IMG/VR virus record: IMGVR_UViG_3300024308_000302
Span: 186,001-250,000 of that record
DNA length: 64,000 nucleotides
Reading direction: 5' to 3' (one strand)
Below the pieces are notes generated by a model. It saw only the letters and a list, made by a program, of their open reading frames with translations, ran no database searches and had not been told where the DNA came from. How positions within the stretch are numbered: position 1 is the stretch's first letter; every line of letters begins with the position of its first letter. A program made the position numbers and the translations under genes. Positions 19,202-28,863 of this stretch are shown piece by piece.

Positions 19202-19230
19202 TTGACTACAAAACTCGAATTTGCTATAAT
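19202..19230 (+). promoter_or_regulatory. near-consensus sigma70 promoter
   Basis: TTGACT-17 nt-TATAAT with extended TG, immediately after the previous stop codon. Confidence 0.8.
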
Positions 19231-19254
19231 TAACAAATTTAGAGGACTTAAACT

Positions 19255-19779
19255 ATGCAAGTTAAATATAAAGTTAATTTTGAATTTAACAAAAAAATTG
19301 ATGAAGTCTTGCTCAATATATTAACTGGCTTTGGATGGCCAGATTTATATTCTTTGTATAGCGACAAATCAATTAAAATTTTTGAAGATATTGGTGAAAG
19401 GTTATCTCACATAAACAAGACAGATAGAAATTGGTGGGGTAATAATATTAAAACAGAAGTAGCAATATCTGATTGTGATTCTGCGGAGTATATTCAATCT
19501 GTCAAACATGATGAAACAAGAAATGTATATATTTTAACAATCAAAGTAGAAGATCGACCAACTGAGCAATATATTAAAAATACATCTCAAAGATTCAAAT
19601 ACTATATGAATGAAGTAGTCCCAGCACTATTAGAAAAATACATGGAACAAGAAAAATATATGAAATACTTTGAAGATGTAATTGGTTGTAAAATTGAAGA
19701 TATTGATGCTGTCAAAATAGTTAGTATCAATATTGAAGAAGAAATCACCATTAATGTTAAGCATACTGTAGAAATATAA
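19255..19779 (+). CDS. hypothetical protein
   Basis: GAGGA RBS, own promoter and terminator. Confidence 0.82.
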   Translation: MQVKYKVNFEFNKKIDEVLLNILTGFGWPDLYSLYSDKSIKIFEDIGERLSHINKTDRNWWGNNIKTEVAISDCDSAEYIQSVKHDETRNVYILTIKVEDRPTEQYIKNTSQRFKYYMNEVVPALLEKYMEQEKYMKYFEDVIGCKIEDIDAVKIVSINIEEEITINVKHTVEI

Positions 19780-19796
19780 TTAATGTTATCAAAAAT

Positions 19797-19820
19797 AAAA
19801 GAGGCTTCGGCCTCTTTTTT
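19797..19820 (+). terminator. GAGGC-family terminator (exact 20-mer, plus orientation)
   Basis: AAAAGAGGC-TTCG-GCCTCTTTTTT. Confidence 0.88.
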
Positions 19821-19889
19821 GTTGACTAACGGGATATTGACTTTCATAACATTGTAATTAAAATGAGATCAAAACATCCAAGGTAAACC

Positions 19890-20390
19890 ATGAAAAAGAT
19901 ATTTATTGCAGCCGCATTATTTACATTGAGCTTCGCCACAACAGTAGTGCCAATAGATAATATTTTTGGTATTAAGCTTGGGGACAAAATAGCAACAAGA
20001 AATGATAGATTTCTAAGAATTGATGACGTTAACAATACTATATATGAGAGAATAAATTTCAAAGGTTTTGACAAAATATCAATTAAGTATACACCAAAAA
20101 CAAAAACAATATATCAAGTATATACAGAGAAAGATGTATCAGAAGGCTGTATAGATGAATTAGAAATAATAAATGGTATATTAGAAAAAAAATATGGAAC
20201 AATGACAAAAAATGATAATCTTGTTAATGCAGAGCATATGATTAAACAAGGGAACAAGACTTTAATATCAGGATGCAGAGGAACAAGCTATACTAAACTA
20301 TATATCATGTTAACTGATGAAGAATTAAAATCAAATTCAAAAAAAGAAACTATTGAAATTCAAGCAGATAGAGAACTCGAAAATCTATAA
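19890..20390 (+). CDS. secreted protein, paralog of 18752..19201
   Basis: AAGG RBS; signal peptide; PIDNIFGIKLG motif and a Cys pair. Confidence 0.82.
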   Translation: MKKIFIAAALFTLSFATTVVPIDNIFGIKLGDKIATRNDRFLRIDDVNNTIYERINFKGFDKISIKYTPKTKTIYQVYTEKDVSEGCIDELEIINGILEKKYGTMTKNDNLVNAEHMIKQGNKTLISGCRGTSYTKLYIMLTDEELKSNSKKETIEIQADRELENL

Positions 20391-20409
20391 AAGAGGTCGA
20401 AACCTCTTT
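20389..20409. terminator. GAGGC-family variant terminator
   Basis: AAAAGAGGT-CGAA-ACCTCTTT (compensatory C>T/G>A change) between convergent stops. Confidence 0.85.
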
Positions 20410-21403
20410 AGTATTCAATCATTTCTTGGACTAACAACCTATCGTCCCATTTATTAACATCAAATTGTTCTGGATGGTAAGCTGATGGAATATAAAGTTC
20501 TGGTAATACTTCAGACCATTTGGCATAGTTATAGCCTACATATTTCAGAAGTTCGTATAAACCTTGTTTCAATGAGCTTTTATTATATGATTTATTAAAA
20601 GACTCTTTAGACCACCCATTAAAATTAACTAAAATAACTAAATTTTCATTTTCTAAAGTCATTTTTACAATAGTCTGATTATAACAATTAATTAAACAAA
20701 CTTTCGTATTAAGAATAGAATAGTCATCATTAAAATAAACTTCAATTTTATATGTAAGCAACATGCCTTCACCGCCATCAAAGATTGTTCTAAACAAACG
20801 TTTGTTATCATCATCAATATTAAGATTAAATGAGATTACAAAACTAGTATTATTAGCGATGAGCCGTTTGTTATTAAAAATGCCAAAACCAGCATCGAAA
20901 TCTACATTATTAAGAATTGCTGAGCAGACTTCTTCCTTATCAGATTTTGATACGTTAAAATAATCAAAGGTAATACTCAAATTATCAGAAATCAATTTTC
21001 TATTGGATTCGTTTAGCATAAAAGCTTTTTTGTGATTTTTAATTATAAGTTCATTAGTAGCAATATCAAAATCTTTATCACGCATATCATAGACTGAAAA
21101 ACCATTATTCTCATATAAAACATATACAAATCTTTTCTTTTTTTTCAAAGAATTCACAATATAATAGTTTGCCTGTATCGTTCTTTTAGATCTTTCAAAA
21201 ACTTTTTCTTGATCAATGCTATCTTTAATTTTTGAACAATCAAAAATATTTGGCAACATAACAATAATGTGTTTACCAACATACCAGTTTAATTCATCTA
21301 TTGTTTTAAAATTTTTAACAAAGGTTGCATAGTCTCTAAACATGATATGATCTCTAATAAAAATTAACATTATTATACCAATATACAAAGGGAATAACAA
21401 CAA
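20408..21403 (-). CDS. hypothetical protein, C-terminal M(-4) family (subgroup C; start may be 21343)
   Basis: Ends LPELYIPSAYHPEQFDVNKWDDRLLVQEMIEY. Confidence 0.8.
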   Translation of the reverse strand: MLLFPLYIGIIMLIFIRDHIMFRDYATFVKNFKTIDELNWYVGKHIIVMLPNIFDCSKIKDSIDQEKVFERSKRTIQANYYIVNSLKKKKRFVYVLYENNGFSVYDMRDKDFDIATNELIIKNHKKAFMLNESNRKLISDNLSITFDYFNVSKSDKEEVCSAILNNVDFDAGFGIFNNKRLIANNTSFVISFNLNIDDDNKRLFRTIFDGGEGMLLTYKIEVYFNDDYSILNTKVCLINCYNQTIVKMTLENENLVILVNFNGWSKESFNKSYNKSSLKQGLYELLKYVGYNYAKWSEVLPELYIPSAYHPEQFDVNKWDDRLLVQEMIEY

Positions 21404-21432
21404 AATTAAAAATAAATATTAATAAAAAAAAG

Positions 21433-21461
21433 TAGACTGATAATCTGATTGGATGTATAAT
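21433..21461 (+). promoter_or_regulatory. sigma70-type promoter (extended -10)
   Basis: TAGACT-17 nt-TATAAT with TG. Confidence 0.72.
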
Positions 21462-21487
21462 ACACATTCACATTATGGAGACTACTA

Positions 21488-21829
21488 ATGAATTTGAAAA
21501 ACGATCTGTATTTTTCTGTAGCACGAAATGTTTCTGATGACTATCTGATTCTTATGATGGTAAGGAAACAAACGTGGGATACTTATGAGATGAAAGATGA
21601 TCCTGATGAGCTATCTGATGTTGCATATGATTTCACTTTGGAAGGGTATGTGTTTGAAGTGACAGGACAGAACGGTGAAGATTGCATTGATAGCATCGAA
21701 CGTGAAAATGGTGAAGAAGTAGACGGTCAAAAACTGATTGAAGATCTTGAAGCTGCAGGCTATACCGTAAATCAAGATATTGCTGAGCACTTCCAATCAG
21801 AAACCGATGGGTATTTCGAACCGGCTTAA
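21488..21829 (+). CDS. small highly acidic protein
   Basis: GGAG RBS; 29 D/E versus 7 K/R in 113 aa. Confidence 0.85.
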   Translation: MNLKNDLYFSVARNVSDDYLILMMVRKQTWDTYEMKDDPDELSDVAYDFTLEGYVFEVTGQNGEDCIDSIERENGEEVDGQKLIEDLEAAGYTVNQDIAEHFQSETDGYFEPA

Positions 21830-21841
21830 TAATAACGGTTT

Positions 21842-21869
21842 AAAAAAGAGGCTTTGGCCTCTTTTTTTT
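21842..21869. terminator. GAGGC-family bidirectional terminator
   Basis: AAAAAAGAGGC-TTTG-GCCTCTTTTTTT. Confidence 0.88.
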
Positions 21870-21876
21870 GCTTAAA

Positions 21877-22932
21877 TTAATAAGTCATCATCATAAACAA
21901 ATCAACATCTTTAATAGTTATTTTAGAACTATCTATGCCAAGTTTATTACTTAATAATTCAGTAATTAATGTCAGATAATGATCATATATATCATTTAAT
22001 GTATCTAAATAAACAGGAATATATAATAGTGGATTAGAATAATAAAATGTCCCATCAGAAAATAACTCTAAACTTATATGTGGATGAGATTTATAAGTAA
22101 GAATAAATTGTCTATTATAAGATTGAAATTTTAATGGTTTAACAAAACATATATCAATAAAATCAGCTTTTTTATTATGTTCGAGATTATAATAAAATTG
22201 CATTATTGATAATACTTGATTAAATTCTTTAAAAGTTTCCTTTGGTAAGAAATTTTTAACAATACTTGAAAATTGATAGTATTGAAGACGATAAAAATGA
22301 TCATTATTGAATTCATTAACTCGTTCAAGTATTTTATACTCATCTGGAATACAAGTATGTGCCATATAAGACATGCCAGATTTCTTTATTTCTTCACTCA
22401 TCAAGTAATATGATTCATTTTTTACATAATGCATCAATGATTTCATATCTTTAATATTAGGATTTAGTTTAGATTTAATGCTATTAAATGAGTATTCATA
22501 TGCAGCATCAAAATTAAAAGAATCAGAAAATTGTTTGTGGCTATTAGTCAAAAACAGTTCATAATTAGAAACACTATTATTATTGATTGATAAGTTAACG
22601 ATATCTATTCTATTGTTTCTATACATGTTATTAGAAATAAGATAAAAAATTGAATGTTTAGAAATACCAATTCTCACTTTAATAACAGTTGGCAAATCTC
22701 GCATGAGATAAACTAGTTGATTTAAGGAGACAAACTGTTTAAGAAAGCTTTTAGGTATATTGATTATTTCGTATAAATGATTGACAACATCATCGTTAAA
22801 ATCCAAAAGGAATTCTTGATTCTCTGTTGAGGAATTAACAATGACTAATTTATCTTTAGACAACTGTAGTTCTATCAATTTCTTAGCACTATCTACAATA
22901 TCATCAAATAATGCTATTTTATAATCAGACAT
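21877..22932 (-). CDS. hypothetical protein, C-terminal M(-4) family (subgroup A)
   Basis: AGGAG RBS; ends LGIDSSKITIKDVDLFMMMTY. Confidence 0.85.
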   Translation of the reverse strand: MSDYKIALFDDIVDSAKKLIELQLSKDKLVIVNSSTENQEFLLDFNDDVVNHLYEIINIPKSFLKQFVSLNQLVYLMRDLPTVIKVRIGISKHSIFYLISNNMYRNNRIDIVNLSINNNSVSNYELFLTNSHKQFSDSFNFDAAYEYSFNSIKSKLNPNIKDMKSLMHYVKNESYYLMSEEIKKSGMSYMAHTCIPDEYKILERVNEFNNDHFYRLQYYQFSSIVKNFLPKETFKEFNQVLSIMQFYYNLEHNKKADFIDICFVKPLKFQSYNRQFILTYKSHPHISLELFSDGTFYYSNPLLYIPVYLDTLNDIYDHYLTLITELLSNKLGIDSSKITIKDVDLFMMMTY

Positions 22933-22954
22933 GTTTAACTCCTTTGAATATCTA

Positions 22955-23512
22955 TTATTCTAATATAAGTTTTTGAATGTCATAAGAATTTGGATATGTT
23001 TTAAAATCAAGTTGATGACCATGCATAAAAGTAAAATTATAAGTTTCAACCATTAATGAGGTGACATTATAATTTTTATCTCGTTGAATAATAATATCCT
23101 TATAAACTTCTTCATCATCAGCAAGATTAGGTTTTTTAGGGCCTACAGTTATTTGATGAGAAATTTGTTCTATACGACCTTTTTTATGTATAAAGTAAAC
23201 ATGCTCTTTTAACGTTGAGTCATCTGCAACATTATAATTGCTAAAAGATCCTAAATTATCGACCTTAACTTTAATGGAATCGAGACTCATTCGATAACTA
23301 CTTGCAATAACTTGTTTAGTTTTTTTGTTATAAAATTGATAACCGCCAAACAAATGAATTTTTATGGCATAGTCTTTATAATCAAAAGTATCAACATTAT
23401 AGAGTTTATTAAGCAAAAAGCAGGTTTCTTTCTTTAAACGGTCAAGAGAATACATATGACGTTTAGTCCACATCATTGGTATGAATAAAGTGTTTAAAAT
23501 AGGTATCAGCAT
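22955..23512 (-). CDS. hypothetical protein
   Basis: GGAG RBS; 185 aa. Confidence 0.75.
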   Translation of the reverse strand: MLIPILNTLFIPMMWTKRHMYSLDRLKKETCFLLNKLYNVDTFDYKDYAIKIHLFGGYQFYNKKTKQVIASSYRMSLDSIKVKVDNLGSFSNYNVADDSTLKEHVYFIHKKGRIEQISHQITVGPKKPNLADDEEVYKDIIIQRDKNYNVTSLMVETYNFTFMHGHQLDFKTYPNSYDIQKLILE

Positions 23513-23565
23513 ACAATATCTCCAAAATAATTTCCATTGTAGATTACAATGATTTGATAGTCAAC

Positions 23566-23585
23566 AAAAAAGAGGCTACTGCCTC
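23566..23585 (-). terminator. GAGGC-family terminator
   Basis: AAAAAAGAGGC-TACT-GCCTC; the TGA stop of 23584..25026 lies in the stem. Confidence 0.8.
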
Positions 23586-25026
23586 ATATTTTGTGTTTTA
23601 ATGGTTTACTTAATTCTTTTTCTTTAACTGAGTCATTTATTTTTTCATATATCTGATGAGCTTCTTTCAGAGATGTTGCTTCTGAAAGTTCCATTAGATG
23701 AACAAAATTAGTCACATTTAAGGTGTGAATTAGTTTAGGATAATCAAACTTGATTAAATCGGCCATTTCTTTTTCTTCTACATATCTAAAAATAGAACTT
23801 TCACGATTTAAGTTCATAACAATATTATTCTTTTCAAAATAATCTAAAACAGGTCTTATATGATCTTTATATTTTGAACGATCTACTTCCATTGATATAA
23901 CTGATTCAACATCACTACACAAAGTCAAAGAACCCTTTTTTTCTAACATGAGATGATGATAATAAACTTTGAAAAAAGAATTATCACCAGAAATATGAAC
24001 ATGGTTATCTTTTGTATTATTTATATAGTGCTTTGGCATGTATGAATAACCTTCTGTCAAAGCTGGTCTTGCTGAACCAATATAACCAACATCAAATAAT
24101 TCAAAATCAGTGAAACTATGTTGTAGTTCAACACCAGATGCTCGAATAGTGTTATCATCTGTCACAGTACAAGTTATATCATCAATAGATGTAAACCAAT
24201 CAGGGTAAGAATCTTTTACCAATTGAACAAACTTATTCAATTCAGGTGTGTCTAACAATTGTTGTTCTGTTTTTGAATTTAATAACATACCTAACTTCAT
24301 ACATTGTCTTCTTTTAAAAGGTTCAAAAGCTTCATCAAAAACTGTATAGTATTTATCCATCATTTCATTATGAGTACGAATTGCATCTGGTCTTGATGAC
24401 TCATAGCTAAAGTAATAATTATTATAAAGATCAAAAAGGTTATAAATTCTAAATTGTTTCAACAAATGCGTGTTAGCTTGAATAACAGAGATAACATTAT
24501 CAAGACCAGTTCTTACTGAACTTGAACGTTCTTTTTTTTCAGCAACAACTGAATCAAGATTTCTGAATTCTTCTACAAATCTAAACGCAGGTAATTTTTG
24601 TAAATCACTTTTAAGTTTAACAAGATCTAAGTCATCATGAAAAGCAAGTTCAAAATTGGTAATAAATTCTTTAAATCCTTTACTATCATTCAATGCTTTG
24701 TAAATTTTATTCAAATAATCAAAATCACTTTCTTGAATAACTGGAATATATTCTATTGAACTGGCCACATCTCTATCCATGTTTTTAAAAATATTGGAAT
24801 CATCTTCTTTATAAATCAATTTAGAATAGTTCTTTAATAATATAGGATATCCTTCGTTGTTGGTCTTAACTAAAGAAAAATCATAAAGTCCTTTCATAAA
24901 AGTTTCATTAGTGAATTTTAAAGCAGCATAATAATCAAAATTTTGGTAAGTTCCATCATTTATATTATGTTCTTCTTTAAAATCATTGAGTAGATTTAAA
25001 TAATCATTATAATTGGCTTTTTTCAT
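23584..25026 (-). CDS. hypothetical protein, gene B of duplicated operon (paralog of 44593..46089)
   Basis: ATGA-coupled to the upstream gene; shares DDNTIRASG and HISGDNSFFK with its paralog. Confidence 0.85.
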   Translation of the reverse strand: MKKANYNDYLNLLNDFKEEHNINDGTYQNFDYYAALKFTNETFMKGLYDFSLVKTNNEGYPILLKNYSKLIYKEDDSNIFKNMDRDVASSIEYIPVIQESDFDYLNKIYKALNDSKGFKEFITNFELAFHDDLDLVKLKSDLQKLPAFRFVEEFRNLDSVVAEKKERSSSVRTGLDNVISVIQANTHLLKQFRIYNLFDLYNNYYFSYESSRPDAIRTHNEMMDKYYTVFDEAFEPFKRRQCMKLGMLLNSKTEQQLLDTPELNKFVQLVKDSYPDWFTSIDDITCTVTDDNTIRASGVELQHSFTDFELFDVGYIGSARPALTEGYSYMPKHYINNTKDNHVHISGDNSFFKVYYHHLMLEKKGSLTLCSDVESVISMEVDRSKYKDHIRPVLDYFEKNNIVMNLNRESSIFRYVEEKEMADLIKFDYPKLIHTLNVTNFVHLMELSEATSLKEAHQIYEKINDSVKEKELSKPLKHKI

Positions 25027-26924
25027 GCGACTCTCTGTTTAAATTGTTTTTTATTTTGTGTACTATTTTCTTCTACTATGCCTAACATGTTTTTTAATTT
25101 TTCAACTGAATCATCATCTAGGACATGTCTATCTTTATTTGTATACAATGTTGCATTATATGCCTGCTCAAATCTTATATCTTTATCATAAACACGATCA
25201 TCATTTTTGTAATGCATGGCATAATCTTCACCATTAGGCTTAATAGTAAATCCAATCATGGAGGATATATCAGAAGACGCCTTATTAAAGTCATACATAA
25301 TATATTGACGATTAGAACATTTAACTTTTGATTCATCTTCAAGTGTATATGTTGATCCTGTGTTGGTTACATATTGTTCAAAGTAATCTAAATCACGAAC
25401 AATACACCATGAAGTAGATCCAAAAGCTTGACATTGCTCATGAGTTTTTATCTCAAATGTAACAATGTTCTTATCATCATATATCTTTTCTATACCAAAA
25501 GATTCTAATTTGGCAGTCAGGTCTTCTTGTGTAAACTGATCAAAATGATTTAAAGTTCTTGTCAACATATTAATAACATCATCATTGTCTTTTAAAGCAG
25601 CTATCTTTCTACCAACAAATGTTTGCAATTGTGATGTTGTAACATTATTGTCATATAATGATTTAAAGTGGGGTTCTGTTTCATCATTGAAATGATGTTT
25701 ATATTTAGAACTCAGAATACTATAAGCGAACTGCTTTATTTTATTACGTGCAACAATATGATTGATTTCATCATCAATTGCCTCAAAAGACTTGTCTTTG
25801 AAATTATTCAAATCAAAATTATACTGTTTTAAAACAGCATGATTCTCCAATAATGATTGCACGGCTTTAATGCCATTAGCATATTTTTTTTCTTCAAGTA
25901 TTTTTTGTTGGAAGAATGGAACACTTTTTGGTTTCTTTCTTAATAAGTAGGCAACAGCATCAAGATGAAGTTCTTTCGTGAACTTTTCTAAGGTTTCATT
26001 ATCTTTTATAGTATGATACTGATTATCTTTTCTATAAACTAAACTCTTATCATCAAAGTAATAAACCTTGTCTATCTTTTGAGAGGCAGTAAAAGTTATA
26101 TCAAATACAGAACTATCAGTTAAAAGTTTAGTGGCTAAAAATGATTCAACAGAGCTATCAGATAAATTAGAAGAAGCATCTCTAATAAAAATATCAGCTT
26201 TAGACATGAAAAAGTCAGGATCATACTTTGTTAAAATAAACTTTACTTTATCATTGAATTCTTTATTTTCTTTTTCATATTTAATCAATAGATCAGAAAA
26301 ATCTTGAGTATTTATTGAATTTTGAACATAATCATTGATATATTTAAAAAGATACTTTCTTTCATCTTCATGAATAAAAGAAATACTCAACTCATCAAGT
26401 AAATTATAATAGGTATTTATAAAAGTATTAAATTTATTATATGTATCAACAATTTTTATACCTAATTCCATTATTTCATAATGGTTGTCATCTAAATTGT
26501 GAACATCTTCAATACTGAGTTCATTATCATAGCCATCAAAATTTTGTAATTTATTTTGAACTAAAGTACGCCATTCTCTATTCAAGGCATAATTACGTTC
26601 AGTAAAAGAAGAAATAGATGAAAACTTTCTTTCTGGTTGTGGATAAACTTGTGGCATATAAACCAAAAGAGCATCAATTGATGTAATTTTTGTAATATCT
26701 GTATCTTGGATAGAAGAAACAATACCTATTTTTTCATAAACTAATTTACTCAAAGTTGCATTTTTATCAACAGGCTTAGCATTAAGTTCGCTTTGAGAAA
26801 ACTCTGGGATAAATGTCATTTCATTATAGTTTAAATGAATATCATCATCCATGTGAAGATCAGCAGTGTATATTCTTAGATCATTTAATTTTTCAATCTG
26901 TTTTAAATTCTCATTTAATTCCAT
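25023..26924 (-). CDS. gene A of duplicated operon; C-terminal FGSxSWCIVRD domain (PcfJ-like, tentative)
   Basis: Shares LKQYNFDLN, KIKQFAYSILSSKYKHHFN and AFGSTSWCIVRD with 46086..47924. Confidence 0.82.
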   Translation of the reverse strand: MELNENLKQIEKLNDLRIYTADLHMDDDIHLNYNEMTFIPEFSQSELNAKPVDKNATLSKLVYEKIGIVSSIQDTDITKITSIDALLVYMPQVYPQPERKFSSISSFTERNYALNREWRTLVQNKLQNFDGYDNELSIEDVHNLDDNHYEIMELGIKIVDTYNKFNTFINTYYNLLDELSISFIHEDERKYLFKYINDYVQNSINTQDFSDLLIKYEKENKEFNDKVKFILTKYDPDFFMSKADIFIRDASSNLSDSSVESFLATKLLTDSSVFDITFTASQKIDKVYYFDDKSLVYRKDNQYHTIKDNETLEKFTKELHLDAVAYLLRKKPKSVPFFQQKILEEKKYANGIKAVQSLLENHAVLKQYNFDLNNFKDKSFEAIDDEINHIVARNKIKQFAYSILSSKYKHHFNDETEPHFKSLYDNNVTTSQLQTFVGRKIAALKDNDDVINMLTRTLNHFDQFTQEDLTAKLESFGIEKIYDDKNIVTFEIKTHEQCQAFGSTSWCIVRDLDYFEQYVTNTGSTYTLEDESKVKCSNRQYIMYDFNKASSDISSMIGFTIKPNGEDYAMHYKNDDRVYDKDIRFEQAYNATLYTNKDRHVLDDDSVEKLKNMLGIVEENSTQNKKQFKQRVA

Positions 26925-26983
26925 ATAAACATATAATATTAGTATATCTAAAAGTATAACATAAAAATAAATATTTAAAATAG

Positions 26984-27004
26984 AAAAAGAGGCCGAAGCC
27001 TCTT
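26984..27004 (-). terminator. GAGGC-family terminator (exact 20-mer)
   Basis: AAAAAGAGGC-CGAA-GCCTCTT. Confidence 0.88.
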
Positions 27005-27023
27005 GATTTAAAGATTCAAAATA

Positions 27024-27257
27024 TTATTTATTGAAATCGCTCATAACTTTTGCAATATCAGCAGCACTGGCATTGATTTTAAGCGATGGCTTTCCTTTAG
27101 ACAATGAAGATGTTTCTGCTCGGAACGATTCTTGCTCTTCCAAGGTAACTTGACGGAAACCATTTTTAGCATTTTCTGCCTCTGCTTCTTTATCACCCAT
27201 AGTCATGGAACACATACGAGTTTTATCATTCACCCAATATTTAATGGCAGGTTTCAT
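27024..27257 (-). CDS. small hypothetical protein
   Basis: AGGAG RBS; 77 aa. Confidence 0.78.
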   Translation of the reverse strand: MKPAIKYWVNDKTRMCSMTMGDKEAEAENAKNGFRQVTLEEQESFRAETSSLSKGKPSLKINASAADIAKVMSDFNK

Positions 27258-27328
27258 ACTTTCTCTCCTAAAAATTAGATAAGCCGATTATACACGATAG
27301 CAGTCATTCAAACAAGTTTATTTTGCGA

Positions 27329-27988
27329 TCAAACTTTAGTCATCTGCAAAATAATATGATCTTTCAATCTGATGTCATTTAAATTTATGTTAAGTGGTTG
27401 GCAAGCAAATTCAATTAAAAATGTATCAATCATATGTTGTAGTGATAGATAAGTATAAATATCTTTTCCAATATAAGCAAGGAATCGATGAGACAACACA
27501 ACTTTATTATTTGAAATATCAAAAAAGAACCTGATATAAATTCCTATATGCATTTCACTGACAAAAGCATTAATGGGGTCTAATCGATTAGGCGTACCTA
27601 TTATTTTTTTTCTAATATATTTATTATAATTATTATCTGATGTATATTTTGTATTCTGAAATAAGAAACAGTTTAAAAATAGAAGCTTATTATCAATGTC
27701 ATGAATAGCAGTTTTAATATCAAGTTCGAGAGATTGTGTTAACGGAATATTAAAAATATCCTGAACAACATCAAAATCAACATCAGAAATAAAATCTATC
27801 ATGTAATCATCACCAGACTTAATGATTTCAAACCTACAGTGCTCATGTAATGAATCAAAGATCATAAAAAAGACAGGAATCTTATTTGGTGAATCATCAG
27901 TAACAATAGACATCGTATAGTCTTGACGATTATATTCAAGGTTTTTAAATTTTTCTTTTAATGCCTCTAACACCTTAAAATTTTTCAT
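27329..27988 (-). CDS. hypothetical protein, C-terminal M(-4) family (subgroup A)
   Basis: Overlaps the upstream stop; ends LNINLNDIRLKDHIILQMTKV. Confidence 0.8.
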   Translation of the reverse strand: MKNFKVLEALKEKFKNLEYNRQDYTMSIVTDDSPNKIPVFFMIFDSLHEHCRFEIIKSGDDYMIDFISDVDFDVVQDIFNIPLTQSLELDIKTAIHDIDNKLLFLNCFLFQNTKYTSDNNYNKYIRKKIIGTPNRLDPINAFVSEMHIGIYIRFFFDISNNKVVLSHRFLAYIGKDIYTYLSLQHMIDTFLIEFACQPLNINLNDIRLKDHIILQMTKV

Positions 27989-28802
27989 AATCTAAAATAT
28001 ACTCAACGATATTATAAAACATGTCAATAATAGGGTTCTTTGCAACAGCTTTATCACCATCGACCTCAAAGATAATCATACCATCATGGAGGTATTTAAA
28101 GAAGTAGGGTTCAAAGTCAGCAGTATCCCAATCAAAATCAGGATTGTTAAGTTCTTCTAATTCTTTTCCATAATCATTGTTTTCACCATAAACAACAAAG
28201 CCAGTTGGTGTGAATTCAACCATATACATGGTAGCAGATGCATAACAAGCAATCATAAATTTATTGTCATACATGTAAATATAGAAATCGGAATCACAAT
28301 AACCTTTAAGATTGGAATGATAGTCATCTTCCATATTCTTAACTTGTTTATGGTCAACAGCAAACTGATATAATTTTGGAATCATGAGTTTTAAATCTTT
28401 TTCATACTTCTCTTTTCTGGGATCATCAATAGCATTCATGCCATTCTGAACAGCCGTTAAGACATTTTCTACTGAAAAGTTAGTATATTTAGCAATGATT
28501 GTTGCAAAATAAAATACATTATGACCAACAATATTGGCAAAAATACCATCATTTTTAAATGCAGAACCTAATGCATACATATAATTGTTACTTTCATTGG
28601 TAGACATCAATGTTTGTAAAGTAATATCAGGATCAGTAATTTGAACAATATAAAAGTCTCTATCAAAATAATACACATCAAAATAAGTGTAATGCATCAC
28701 ACGAGACTGGTTTACCTTAATGATATCTTTAATCAAATTAGACGCAATACAATTGAAAATAGTTAGAGCGTTATCGAAAAAACTTGGGTTTACAAGATAC
28801 AT
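27975..28802 (-). CDS. hypothetical protein
   Basis: GGAG RBS; 275 aa. Confidence 0.8.
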   Translation of the reverse strand: MYLVNPSFFDNALTIFNCIASNLIKDIIKVNQSRVMHYTYFDVYYFDRDFYIVQITDPDITLQTLMSTNESNNYMYALGSAFKNDGIFANIVGHNVFYFATIIAKYTNFSVENVLTAVQNGMNAIDDPRKEKYEKDLKLMIPKLYQFAVDHKQVKNMEDDYHSNLKGYCDSDFYIYMYDNKFMIACYASATMYMVEFTPTGFVVYGENNDYGKELEELNNPDFDWDTADFEPYFFKYLHDGMIIFEVDGDKAVAKNPIIDMFYNIVEYILDYEKF

Positions 28803-28863
28803 AATATCTCCAATAAAATGATAAAATAGGGACTATTTTATAATAAATGTTAAAAGGCAACCA

